Shown here piece after piece: positions 1 to 10,868 of a DNA stretch of 64,000 nucleotides (its first letter is position 1; each line of letters begins with the position of its first letter). This DNA is from Podarcis erhardii (taxonomy: Eukaryota). The stretch lies in assembly GCA_964252035.1 (NCBI GenBank), contig OZ176200.1; one strand, given 5' to 3'. The notes beneath the pieces are model-generated. The model was not told the DNA's origin. It did no database searches and saw only the letters and a program-made list of their open reading frames with translations. A program made the translations under genes and the position numbers.

Positions 1-70
1 GTTTGATTATTTGATTGTTGTTAGCCGCCCTGAGCCCGCCTTCGGCTGGGGAGGGCGGGATATAAATAAA

Positions 71-113
<43 letters not shown>
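1..113 (+). mobile_element. L2-type 3' end (LINE or L2-tailed SINE) with terminal stem-loop and (ATT)n tail
   Basis: CCGCCCT (25-31) pairs with AGGGCGG (52-58), followed by TATAAATAAA and (ATT)n at about 72-113. Confidence 0.7.
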
Positions 114-118
<5 letters not shown>

Positions 119-224
119 TTGTAGTACATTTACATCCCCCTTCTAGCATAAATATACATTATAACATGCAATAATTATGTGGGTGTGGGTGTGGGTGTGT
201 AACATTTACAAAGAGAGACAAAGT

Positions 225-900
225 TAGCAGTTTAAAATAGTATAAGCTTATCTGCCCTGTCAAAAAAGCCTGCTGAAATACAGAGGTCTTCAGCAGCCAG
301 TGACAAACAGTTAGGGAGGCAGCCAAGTATACCTCATGGGCAGTATGTTCCATAATCTGGCCGCTGCCACCAAGAAGTCCCTCTTTCTTGTTTCATACAG
401 AGATTGGCCTCACCTTCTAATTCTAGAGAGTGGGCATGATGATATGGGAGGAGGTAATTCTTTAATGTATGTTAGGCCTAAGCCAGGGAGAGCTTTGGAA
501 GTGCTCAACAACACTTTCAATTGTGTATGAAAGAAGACTGGAACCACAGCAGCTATTGTAGGGTGGGTATAACATGATGGACAAACGTCCACCAGCATCT
601 TTGCAACTACATTTTGGACCAAGTCAAGCTTCCAAAGACATTCCAAAGGTACCACCATTTAGAGGAAGCTGCAGTAAGCCAACCTAGATGTAACGAAGAT
701 GCAGAAGGACCTTCTCTGTTGTGGCTCCAAAGTGTTTGAATGTCCTTCCCTCCAAGGCATGTCTTGTTGTTTTCAGCACCACTGTTGTTGTTTTCAGCAT
801 CAGATCAAGATAGACTTCTTTGCCCAGGCTTTACGGCAGTGGTGGGGAACCTCTTTGGCCCAGCAACAAGTGCCTTCTGTACATCATGGACCCTTCTTTA
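225..900 (-). mobile_element. Decayed L2 LINE ORF2 3' region
   Basis: Minus strand reads FVTSRLAYCSFL*MVVPLECLWKLDLVQNVVAKML...QLKVLLSTSKALPGLGLTYIK, matching the L2 motifs VTSRLDYCN, KLQLVQNAAARL and FKVLVLTFKALNGLGP. Contains stops. Confidence 0.8.
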
Positions 901-1439
901 AAATAAACTGACGTTTATCCAATCTAAATGACCACTGGATCAGAGACTAATATAATATGGAAATTCCAAACACCAAGCTTACTACTGCAACTGTACTGCT
1001 CACCATTTTGCCATGAGCACCATTAAGCATGCCTGGAACTAACAGTCATGGACAAGGAATGCAACTTTCTTCTTTATTTGGTTATGGACAGCTATCCTTT
1101 CCTGCAATGTATCCTTCCATGACAGAGAGAAGCAGATTGTTTGCATTCATGAGGATATTACAATTAGCCAACTTAATCCTTAAGCAAAATTATTTTCTAG
1201 AAGGTATATGCTGAAAAGCTGCAAGAAATCCCAGAGTTTAACTACAGTTTATAAGCTAGCCCATGTCTGTTTCCAAGTGATGTATAAACAGTTATGTATC
1301 AAGATCAGAAGTGAGAGAGATGAGAATTACTGGCAAGTTCTGGGAGTTGGGAATGGAAGTAACATGTTTATGTCTTTCAGATAATACATAATGTCCCTGT
1401 TTTCACTTCACATTTCCATGTTTCTTAAACTTCTGTTGC

Positions 1440-1545
1440 TGAAAGCTATCACTGCCTGCCGGCTTACAATTGGGGTTAAGGTTTTAATCTGTAGCTTCCA
1501 AAGCCCTAAATGGTTTGAGAGCTAGTTACTCAAATAACTCTCCTT
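1440..1545 (+). mobile_element. Decayed L2 ORF2 fragment
   Basis: Frameshifted HCLP...KVLI...KALNGL, resembling the L2 LHWLP...FKVL...KALNGL block. Confidence 0.5.
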
Positions 1546-1689
1546 CTCCCCATTAGACCTTCTCAACAAGCATAGTACATAGTTCCATATGTGGAAGAAT
1601 AGAGACACAAATTATTGTACAAAATAAATTTGGAGGGCAGCTGACGGGTGCATCCATTGTAGGGTAGGTCTACGTAGGTCTACATCAAA

Positions 1690-1820
1690 AACGTAAGAAC
1701 GAGAAAAGCCAAGGTGAACCAGACCACACATCCATCTAGTTCTGCATTCTGTCCTCTCAGTGGTCAACTAGATGCCTACAGAAAGCCTACAAGCAGGACA
1801 AGAGCAAAATGCTGTCTGCG
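1690..1820 (-). mobile_element. CR1-type 3' end fragment
   Basis: aacgtaagaac...ccatctagttctgcattctgtcctctcagtgg resembles the reverse complement of squamate CR1-type 3' ends. Confidence 0.45.
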
Positions 1821-1990
1821 ATATGGGACATAATATATAGTTATTATAACTAGTATAAATGTTAAGTCATTGATCAGAGAAGAAGCTTTGCCTTCCAAGA
1901 TGCCAACCCCACAAGGCCACAATGGCCAAGTGATAGGATTTTCATTAACTCTAACAGTTTGCAATGCAGAACAAACTACCTCTGCTTCAA

Positions 1991-2339
1991 TTCAGACATC
2001 ACGCAAAACTATGCTTTGTGTGAATCATTGTCAAGAACTGACCCTATCATTTAAACACCCGAACACGCAGAGCAAAGAAACCACGGTGCAGAATTTTTTG
2101 TCTGGTTTGTTTTCCTTCTGTTCAGTATTCAGAGGTTCTGCTCAGTATTCATTCAGTTCATTATCACCTCTGTGGTGCACCAGCCTTAATTATGATGTGT
2201 GAACAATTTATGAGTTCAGACATATCTACAGTTATAACAAACTGTGCAAACCAGCTTCAAATCATGGTTTTTACGTCCTGTTTTGGCCGCCACTCACAAA
2301 CCATGATTTGCAAAGCTGAGGTTTTGTGTTATGTCTGAA
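1991..2339. mobile_element. Two adjacent palindromic non-autonomous elements (TTCAGACAT...ATGTCTGAA ends)
   Basis: Ends at 1991/2203 and 2215/2339. Perfect inner arms AAATCATGGTTT (2259-2270) and AAACCATGATTT (2298-2309). Harbinger-like assignment is inference. Confidence 0.55.
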
Positions 2340-2559
2340 TAAAAGCCTCTGTGTAGGGATGCAAGGCAGCAAGTGGCAGTACTAGGCAGCTAGTGGTATT
2401 CCTTAAGAATAGGACTACTTAAGAAAGACAGCAACTGGACTCAGTGGGCTTTATTTTCAGGGAGCCACTTCCTCAATGTTTACAAAGAAATTGTCTGGAA
2501 TTCTGTGACCAGAAAACCTACAGATTTGAATAAATGCATATAAACTAAAGACAGTCCAC

Positions 2560-2715
2560 AATTACTGAGTCAGATACTTGCTCCATCTAGCTCAGCACTG
2601 TTTACACTGACTGGCAGTGGCTCTTCAGGATTTCAGACGGGGAATTTTCCCAGACCTACCAGGAGAGGCTGGGCATTGAACCTGGGATTTCCTGCATTCT
2701 ACCACTGAGCCGCTC
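2560..2715 (-). mobile_element. tRNA-derived SINE (CCACTGCCAGTCAGTGTA-type body), decayed
   Basis: Minus strand ggctcagtggtagaatg...caggttcaatgcc (A/B boxes) then gagccactgccagtcagtgtaaacagtgctgagctagatgga. Related copies at 7343-7650 and 51320-51530. Confidence 0.65.
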
Positions 2716-3139
2716 CTTCTCACAAAAGGGATAAGTATCAAAATATTCAGTAAAACACCTCTACCATCAGATGTGTAGATGCAGCAGGGCACTCACTGAA
2801 GATAAGATGCATTCTGTCCATTAAAGCAAAGCTAAATAAGATCATAGCTAAGAAGATTTGCTGACCCTATGATAACAACTTTAGATCAATATGTGTACCT
2901 ACGAAACCAGCCAGATTACTGCAACCAGCAATAGGAGGCCCTGTTAACTGTATCATGGCCTGCAGAAGCCCAGCAGAGAAGGGGCTTTCTCCACAGTGCT
3001 GCATACAATGAGGGTATGATCTTCCCCTGGATAGTAGTCAGCACTGACTGCAGGGTGCTTCTTCTGGTGATTAAGAACATACCTTTTAACCAAAGATTTA
3101 TACCGGAAATGGAGGAAATGAGAAGATACGGTACTATAT

Positions 3140-3370
3140 TCACTTTTCTTGATAATCAACCACAAGAACTTTGGAACTCCCTGCCTATTGAGATCAAGAA
3201 TGTGCCTTTGTTGTATTCTTTTCAGTGCCTGCTAAAAACATTCCTGTTAAGGCAAGCTTAACCCGACACTTAGAAAATTTAGGTAATCTTAATTTGTTTT
3301 TAGTATTTTAACTTTTGTATGTTTTTATTGATTTTATTGTTTTATATTTTTGTAAATCTTATGAAATAAA
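3140..3370 (+). mobile_element. L2 ORF2 C-terminus and 3' UTR
   Basis: PQELWNSLPIEIKNVPLLYSFQCLLKTFLLRQA* (ORF 3016..3261) matches the L2 terminal motif WNSLP..IR..PSL..F...LKT.LF..A, followed by a T-rich tail. Confidence 0.8.
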
Positions 3371-3977
3371 CCATACATACTAAGGAAACATTCAGTCTCA
3401 TTTCCTAAAATCTGCATTCTGTTGCAATAAAGCTCATGGCCATACAAGCAAACAACAAAAATGCAGCCTTGTCACAAAACACCCTCTACTGGACAAACTT
3501 CAAAACAGCAGCAAATATGTTTTCTTTCCTCGCTCCAGAACGCCTTGCCAGATCTTAGTTGTGCCACATATTTTAGGCAACAGTGTTGGGATAGCAGCCT
3601 TTTTAGAAAAATCTGCCCTGAACTGCTCTGCTAATCTCAGACAGCTTGTGCGTACCTTCCATTGATAAGAAAGCAGAAAGATGCCTTAAAACAAGTCAAA
3701 CCATTGGTCCATCTAGCTCTGTACACCAACTGGTGGCAGCGCTTTGTGATCTCAGATGCCAGAAAGCTGCTGCCAGTCAGTGCAGGCAATACTTAGCTAA
3801 ATGGGGAAATGATCTAAGTCAGTTTAAGGTTGCTTCCTATGTTCCGATCAAAGTCCACTGGCTACCCCCTCACCGACTGATTGCCCCAATTCGTATGTAG
3901 ATGCTGGTAACCAAAGTGTTAGCAATGTTACAAGAAACAGACAGTAGGGCTGCCATTTCTTTCTGACCAAGACTTAC

Positions 3978-4112
3978 CATTGAGGAGCCAAGTGATCTCA
4001 GGCACAGGGGTACCCTCAACTAAGCACTGAAGCACAAAATCCTGTCCTTCACTCACACTGCATGACTTCAAAATGGTGGAAAAATGAGGAGCGACACCCT
4101 TCACTTTGGGCC
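3978..4112 (-). CDS. MYLK: MYLK coding exon 9 (Ig4 N-half), 135 nt; last exon seen in the window
   Basis: ctttgctttgatttgtag|GG CCC...AAT G|gtaagt. (R)PKVKGVAPHFSTILKSCSVSEGQDFVLQCLVEGTPVPEITWLLN. Confidence 0.96.
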
Positions 4113-4454
4113 CTACAAATCAAAGCAAAGGAAGATACACTAGAAACAGAAGGTTTGCAAAATCCAGCACCAGTAACCTGTTTCAGAATGGAAAAGCAAT
4201 TCCCACAATAGACAGCAAAACAGTAAGTGTTTTACCAGCTATACATAATTAAAAGTTTCATTGTCAAAATGTCAGGTCACATTGGTTAAGGACTTCATAA
4301 AGTGTTGCAGTCTATTACATATAAACACCAAATGACAGGTCACAATGCAGGCTTCATGGGTACCATTAGCCCAACAGCCCCTTCTCTGCGTTCGTCCACA
4401 CCTCAGCTTGTCCCATGCCTAGAAAGAATGGGTCTGAGCAGTTTTCTGTTTGCT

Positions 4455-4583
4455 CTGCCACTTTCCCTGGGAAAATCCGCTTGTTAGTGCTGAACCGAAG
4501 CAAATGCCAGTCTGAAGAAAACATGATGGATGTTTGCTTCAATTCAGCAGCAAAAATTGGGTTTTCCCAGGGGAAAGTGGCAG
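4455..4583. repeat. Hairpin repeat, copy 1 of 3
   Basis: CTGCCACTTTCCCTGGGAAAA...TTTTCCCAGGGGAAAGTGGCAG arms. Core shared with about 42500-42610 and 63012-63116. Confidence 0.7.
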
Positions 4584-5252
4584 TACAAGTGGAAGTCTGC
4601 ATGAGTCCTCTGTTGCAAAGTGTCCTCAGGAGGGTTGCTTTGCAACAAAGAAAAGCTGGCATCAGCAAGAGGGAGATGATGCTCAATGCTTCCCTTGTGA
4701 ACCTCTTTCTCCCCTGACACACTGCTCCCTGTCTATTCCCATCATCCACATTCTTTTCCCTGGACATATTGATTTTTCATTGCTTATAGAAAGCCTAGCT
4801 TTTGACTAACTGCTCTGAGAGCCAAAAGCGCATTATAGAGTTTTCACTACAACCTTTAAAATAAGTGCTATCTCCTACCAGGTTATTTTTAAATGTGGAG
4901 CAGCTATGACTGCTTGGCATTGTTATAAAGAAGCACTCTTTTTATTTCTTAAATATGCAGGGCCCAAACACTTGAGTGGTCTGGTCAAATCAGCACATTC
5001 CCACAGCCCAAACTCCCAGATCAAGAAACAATCACTCATGTTATGTATTAAGTCAAGGTCTCAAAGAAATCTTACCCAACTCATAATAATTCGGTAACAA
5101 TCTGTATCATGTGGGCCCTTATGGATGACTTGCTTCATAGGTTTTTGTAATTATTATATTTAAACAAAACTGCTTTAACCTTTCCCCACTCACCCTGACA
5201 CAAAGTCCTGAAACAATCATCTGTGCCAATCATGCACCAAAAATGTACTTAC

Positions 5253-5456
5253 TTTTTATTGTTAATATCCACCTGGTTGAAGCCTGGCCTTGAGCATTGG
5301 AGGCTGTACAGCAGTAAGACCCACTGTTTTCCAACTGAGTTTTTTTCAGACACAAACAATGGATTCCATCCTCTTCGTATATTTGGACTTCATCTCCTGC
5401 TTCCATTTGGCATCCTTCTTTGAACCATACAACATTTGCCTTGGGCTTCCCTGAAA
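5253..5456 (-). CDS. MYLK: MYLK coding exon 8 (Ig3), 204 nt; counterpart of human exon 11
   Basis: gaactag|TT TCA GGG...AAA A|gtaagt. (V)SGKPKANVVWFKEGCQMEAGDEVQIYEEDGIHCLCLKKTQLENSGSYCCTASNAQGQASTRWILTIK. Symmetric phase 1-1. Confidence 0.96.
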
Positions 5457-5926
5457 CTAGTTCATCACAGGTGCATTATTACTAAAATATATTAATGTTA
5501 CATACATATGTTGAGTGCATGAAAGAGTGTCTATGGGTATGAAAGTGTGGGGTAGCCTCACTCACTTTTGATCATACCCACCACTGGTCCAGAAGGGTAA
5601 AAGCCAGAAAGTACAGCTACTCGTGCTTTAAATAGAAGCCAGCCACCTTCTAGTTACTGAAAAAGCACAGAGTTCACCCATCATTAAGCAAACTAAAAAG
5701 TTCATCAGGCTGGAATATAGTGGGCAGAATGAAATGGGTTGTTCTGTTCTTAGCAGGAAGACACATGACACAACACTTTGTTTGGACAAAAGCTAGTTTT
5801 GAAAATTCTTAAGGCAACAATAGAAAATTATGGTGGAAACTATCCAATGGGACATCCAGTTCACGGGTCCCCAACATTTTGGGGGCCTGTGGGTACATTT
5901 CTAATTTAAAGATGATGTAATTAGCA

Positions 5927-6062
5927 CAGGCATAGGCAAACTCGGCCCTTTAGATGTTTTGGGACTACAACTCCCATCATCCCTGACCACTGATCCTGTT
6001 AGCTAGGGATGATGGGAGTTGTAGTCCCAAAACACCTAGAGGGCCGAGTTTGCCTATGCCTG
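5927..6062. mobile_element. Young hAT-type MITE, 136 bp, near-perfect palindrome
   Basis: TIR CAGGCATAGGCAAACTCGGCCCT, arms of about 58 bp with 2 mismatches, 20-nt loop. Perfect 8-bp TSD AATTAGCA (5919-5926 and 6063-6070), the length typical of hAT. Confidence 0.92.
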
Positions 6063-6431
6063 AATTAGCACCACACACATACCACAACCACATGCACACA
6101 TGCAGTGAAACCACTCACAGAGAGAGAAACCACATGCATGCACTCTCTTCTCCCTCCTCTGCCAGCAGGTTAGAGATAGGAGTTCTGAATACCACCCCCC
6201 CCCCCAATCGAGCAGGGTCAGGGGAACTAGTCCAGCTTGTTCCCTATATTGCTAGCTTTCTTCTTGGTAGGAGGTGTTTTATGCATTTTCATTTTTATCA
6301 TCACGGAGAAGCATTCACAAATCTGATGCCCCTCCTGCATTGCAAAGCTGTACAGATCCTTCTACTAGCCTCAGTATTTTACCACCTAACGCTGCTGTTG
6401 CAACTGTGGGCAAAGCCTTTCTCCTATTTAC

Positions 6432-7003
6432 CTTTGCATCTGAATGTAACCACTTCTCCTTCGAGTGCTTCTTGGCTTTGTGGGCGACACTCAAACTGGG
6501 GAGCGATCCCTTGAGTCTCCCTCTTTACATCAGTTATGCTTTTCTTTAATCCAACACGGTCATCTAATTCCTTAGTCCTCAAACCGCTTGGCCTGATAGA
6601 CGGGGCAGCCTGCCAGCCTGTTGTGAGTGGTTGCTTTGGCTTTTTCCCATCGTCTTCCTGCCCATAGGAAGCTGCCTTCACTTGTGCCTTTGGTCCAGTT
6701 TGTACTTTAACAGACTGTAGAGTTATGGTGCTTGATGTTTTTTGCAGGACTCTGCAACCTTTCCCTTCCTCTTTACGTGGCTCTATATGGGGTTCCTTCA
6801 CCTCTTCCAGTTGATTCTGTTTGGCTTCTTTGGATGAAGTGAGAGGGATCTCTTTCTTTACGGCTGGCCTTTCTTTGGGTTCAAGCAAAAGTTCTGTGGT
6901 AGTGGATTTGAGTTCTTTAGCAATTCCATTGCTAGTGGCCTTTCTGAACTCTGACGTTTCAATAGCTTTGGTTGTGATGGTGGGTTTGCATTTTGTTGGC
7001 ATG
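6432..7003 (-). CDS. MYLK: MYLK coding exon 7 (K/E/T/P-rich linker and start of Ig3), 572 nt
   Basis: ttccctcctctctttag|C ATG CCA...TGC AAA G|gtaaat. Contains TKAIETSEFRKATSNGIAKELKSTTTEL, VLQKTSSTITLQ and PQFECRPQSQEALEGEVVTFRCK (ORF 6424..7035). Confidence 0.97.
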
Positions 7004-7128
7004 CTAAAGAGAGGAGGGAAGTTTATTAAGTACACAGAACAATTCGCATCACGTTTGCATGCATTTCTTCAAATCTCTTTAAAATGGCTTACTAATCTCT
7101 TTTAAAGCAGGCTATATGTATTATGTGC

Positions 7129-7130
<2 letters not shown>

Positions 7131-7188
<58 letters not shown>

Positions 7189-7190
7189 AA
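7131..7190 (+). repeat. (GAAA)15 microsatellite
   Basis: Perfect tetranucleotide run. Reads (TTTC)n in the MYLK pre-mRNA, about 130 nt upstream of the 572-nt exon acceptor. Confidence 0.98.
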
Positions 7191-7342
7191 AGAAGGAGCT
7201 GTAGTCTATATAAAGTGTGCAAACCTTCTTGACATGCTACTTGTATGTGCGGGGACAATATTAAAGCACTCAATCCTGCACCTACCACATAAATGATATA
7301 GGACATCTATTATAAGACCAACTAATCCATTGCAAGGAATAA

Positions 7343-7650
7343 GGAGAAGCCATAGCTTAAAGTGCAGAAGGTTCCAAGGTTCAATCCTCAGGACCTACAC
7401 TTTAATGATTTCAAAATGGAGACCTATGTCTTAAACCAGAATAGGCAGTGTGATACTCTCCAGATTTATTGGACTCCAATAATCAATCCCAGGCAGCATG
7501 GCCAATGGTCAGGTATGATGCATTTTGTAGTCTGAAGGTCACCATGCTGTCTACCCCTGCCCTAGACTTTGGAGAGCAGCTGCCAGTCAGAGTAGACAGC
7601 TCTGAACTAGGCTGGACCAAAGGACTGACTCAGTGTAAGGCAACTTTATA
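7343..7650 (+). mobile_element. Decayed tRNA-derived SINE, apparently split by a hAT-type MITE remnant (about 7440-7559)
   Basis: Head ...gcagaaggttccaaggttcaatcc, then an interior catggccaatggtcaggtatgatg...tgtagtc remnant, then body/tail gagagcagctgccagtcagagtagac...gactcagtgtaaggcaac. Confidence 0.5.
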
Positions 7651-9107
7651 AGCCGCTTGTGCCTTGGGTCACTGGTTTTAGCTTCGGGGTTTTTTGCTGA
7701 AGGTGGCATAGAAATCCATTAATGAAATAAAACCTTGAATAGGCACTTGATTTGCTGCACCGTTTATCTGCTGTTCTTCTGTAACTAAAAAGCTTTAAAA
7801 TGTACACCTTCTGGTGTAATTTTTTCACAGCACCTTGTAATTTTAGGCACTTTATCAGTAATCAATAGTAACTATAATAATTATAAGCTTCACAGCACGT
7901 GGCCAAATGGATGATTCATGGAGTTTTAAAATATTTTAAGCTGTGGGTTTTTGATTCTTTTTATTTATTTATTAAGAGCCTACTATGAAATATTCAGTTC
8001 TTTCATGAGCCCATGGTGTGAGGGTTTGAGGTAATGGGAAGCAAATAAAAGCCTACTATTAAACCGTACATTTTGACCACTCAGCTAGTAATAACTCACA
8101 CCCCCACTGTTAAAGTCTCAGGGCCTCATATATAGAACAGAAAGGGAGGAACATCACCCCAAATCTCCTCTATCCTATTATCTGCTGCCACTAAAGGCAC
8201 AGCCACAGTCCTAATCAGCCCCGCTACCCTGACTTTTAAAGTATGTGCCATATACTCACAGTGAGCTATCAGCCTCTTGCAGGCCCCAAGAGGCATCAAC
8301 TCACTGTGGTGCTGCTTGTTGGAAGACTGAAAATCCAAGCCTTCATGGCTACTAACAGATCCTTGGCCTCCAACATCATACTGCAGCTGTGGCTGGTCAG
8401 TCTTCCAACAAACAGTCCAGCCCTCTCACTGCGGTCAGGAACAAAGGGAGCTTCCCTGCTTTTCTCTCTGCTCTCCTTACCTTGGGAGTAGCATCCATGG
8501 GATTGAACCCTGAGCACCCAACACAGTATCTTTGCATTTCATATCAAAACACATTCAGGCAGATGCAGGGAGGCCAGGCAGAGCAAATTCCACCCAAAGA
8601 GCCCTACCCCTTGTGGTTCCACTAAACTTCTTATATGACCTGCATCCACAAGGAGTCAGGAAGCCCACCATAGAAAACCCAAGCCTTATTCAGGCATTCT
8701 TCTAGTATAGGATAGTCCACCTGAGAGGTGAAGACTGTGGGGAGGAGCATGCTAGTTCCACCCCTCCTTCCATCACCCGCCATGAAGGGTGATTGTCTGA
8801 AGAAGGGAGCCTCCTGTACTTATGTTGGGTCCCCACATTGAGGCTTAGAACCTTGGCAAATCAGGATTCTACATTGCATGAGGAACCTACACAAACCGAA
8901 GAAGCCCCATTAAGCATTTATCTCCAAATTTTCTTCCTCTCATGTGAAATATCCAGATTAGAAGAGGGATCCTATGGAATTTGTAAACCATTATTAGGCT
9001 ATATGGACTCAACAATGCAAAAGACTTGTGACATACAGATAGGTTACTGTTTATTTTCTTAAAAGGATGGAAATCAAAATGTGGGTAGAGGGAGTTGAAC
9101 AACATAC

Positions 9108-9144
9108 CAAGGAGGATGAGTGTGCACGTCTTTCTTAATAGAAC
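9108..9144 (-). CDS. MYLK: MYLK coding exon 6, 37-nt small exon
   Basis: tgcttcatcatttcag|GT TCT ATT AAG AAA GAC GTG CAC ACT CAT CCT CCT TG|gtatgt gives (G)SIKKDVHTHPP(C). It has the required phase 1 to 2, and TG|C rebuilds Cys before MPTK, parallel to recalled chicken GPDKTDTHAQPLCMPPK. Confidence 0.85.
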
Positions 9145-9678
9145 CTGAAATGATGAAGCATTAAAAGATATTATAAAAATATGATATTGGAATGTTAAGG
9201 AGAGGATATATGTTACAGTTTGTTTTCAAGACACAAGATCTGATATTACTGAGAATTCATGGTGGCCCTAAATTATATTCACTTGTCCCTGAGTCAGCAA
9301 AACACAATTCACTTCCAGCCACACAAATATTTGCCTGCCTAGCTTAAATGATAAGGTGACCACAACCAAATTATTTCTGGGACTGGGAAGAAAAAAGCCC
9401 CTGGAGATTAAACCCTTGTTAGACTGGGACTTTCAGAAAGGCCATATACAAATGATTTATTTCAGGGCTAAGGACATTGGCAGGATTATTGTAATAACCT
9501 GCAGTTTCATAAGAGTATATAATTAAAGTAGATGAATAAAATAATAAATTAATTTAGAATATGCAGGAAATGATAAAAAATAAATTTAAGGAACTGCAGA
9601 AAGAGGTGGAAGGAAGTGGAGTTTTGAAATGTTAAAATGACTGTGAAACAATTGAAATGTATATAACTGAAAATCATA

Positions 9679-9679
9679 A

Positions 9680-9717
<38 letters not shown>
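9679..9717 (+). repeat. (TAA)n microsatellite, about 13 units
   Basis: Directly visible run. Confidence 0.97.
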
Positions 9718-9718
<1 letters not shown>

Positions 9719-10868
9719 CAACTTGGGTGCTCAAATCAGTACCATACAAAGGCAAGAGAAGCATTAAAGGCACCGCAGGTATAAGTCATAGCTAAGCAAA
9801 CTATAACATTGATCCAACAGTTGACACACCCTTCTGGGTTCCCATTATAAAGGGTGAGAAAGCATATTTGAGCTTGGCAAGCAAATGAAATGTCCTTCTT
9901 GTGGACTGGGCACCTCTTGTGGAGGTAGAGACAGTCCTGGCTAGGATTCAGACTTGTCACCTGATGTCAACTCTGAAGGCTTGGAAGTAGAGAGGAAAGC
10001 TCAGCAATGCAGGAGGCAGAGCAGGGGCTTCAGGTTGAGCTGTTGTGGGCCAGCCTGGTGACAGGTCAGTCCTCAGATTCACCACCTGCCATGACCTCCC
10101 TTGACTACTCTGATACCTTGCAGGTCCTGACACAGGCCATCCAGGCTCACTGGGTCTCCCCCACCCCAACCCTCCTGGGATCATCAGCCTCTAACTGCTT
10201 GAGCTCATCCCACCCCTCGTCCTGGTTTGACCAGCTTCTCCAAGACATTTCCTCAGGGCTCATAACAACCAGACTGGAGATATCTTCAGTGCCTCTCCTG
10301 TTCTATTTCCAGAATGAGTGCACAGTGATGTATAAAAAAAGAAAACATCTCTTCCTCATCTAGAAGCCAAGTGTTCAATTTAAATACTGGTGGGATTTAT
10401 CACCATCCCAAACTAAGTCTTTTTTCATTCTTCAGTTTTTAAATAGTTGCGGAAAATGGTTTCTGGGCATATTTAAAATGAGGTTTTGAATGACAGCCAT
10501 ATCCAAACTGCATACAATATCACAAACGCAATTATCCTCGACTCAGCAAGAGATCACCAACTGAAACTTAGAAAAATTGCTGAGAAACATCCCACCCCCA
10601 TTGCAGTGGACCTTTGCAGAAATGAAGCTATGTGCAACATTAACTATTGAGAGGAGGAATGTCATTTCATATGCACTGGTGTAGGTTTATGCCAGTACTG
10701 TGCTTTGGAGCTGTATACTGCCCTTTTCTTGAGTGCTGACTTCCATCCTCAAGTTTTATCCCCTGCGGCCATGGATTGCCTTCTTGGTTTTGATTAGATT
10801 TGAAAAGCACAAACTCACTGCCTCTAACATGATCACGATTCAAGGCCTTTTATGGTCACAATATGAAT

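Noticed and set aside
1-3977. Next MYLK exon (rest of Ig4)
   Set aside because: No QPIQY/DALPED-like peptide with splice sites was found. It probably lies beyond position 1.
4366-4767. 133-aa minus-strand ORF as a MYLK exon
   Set aside because: No Ig motif in the frames I checked, and it overlaps a hairpin repeat. The exons at 5253-5456 and 3978-4112 already join in frame.
8100-8124. 25-nt candidate for the missing linker exon (GPETLTVGV)
   Set aside because: The phase is correct, but it needs a rare GAG acceptor. 9108-9144 has better sites and fits the recalled chicken sequence.
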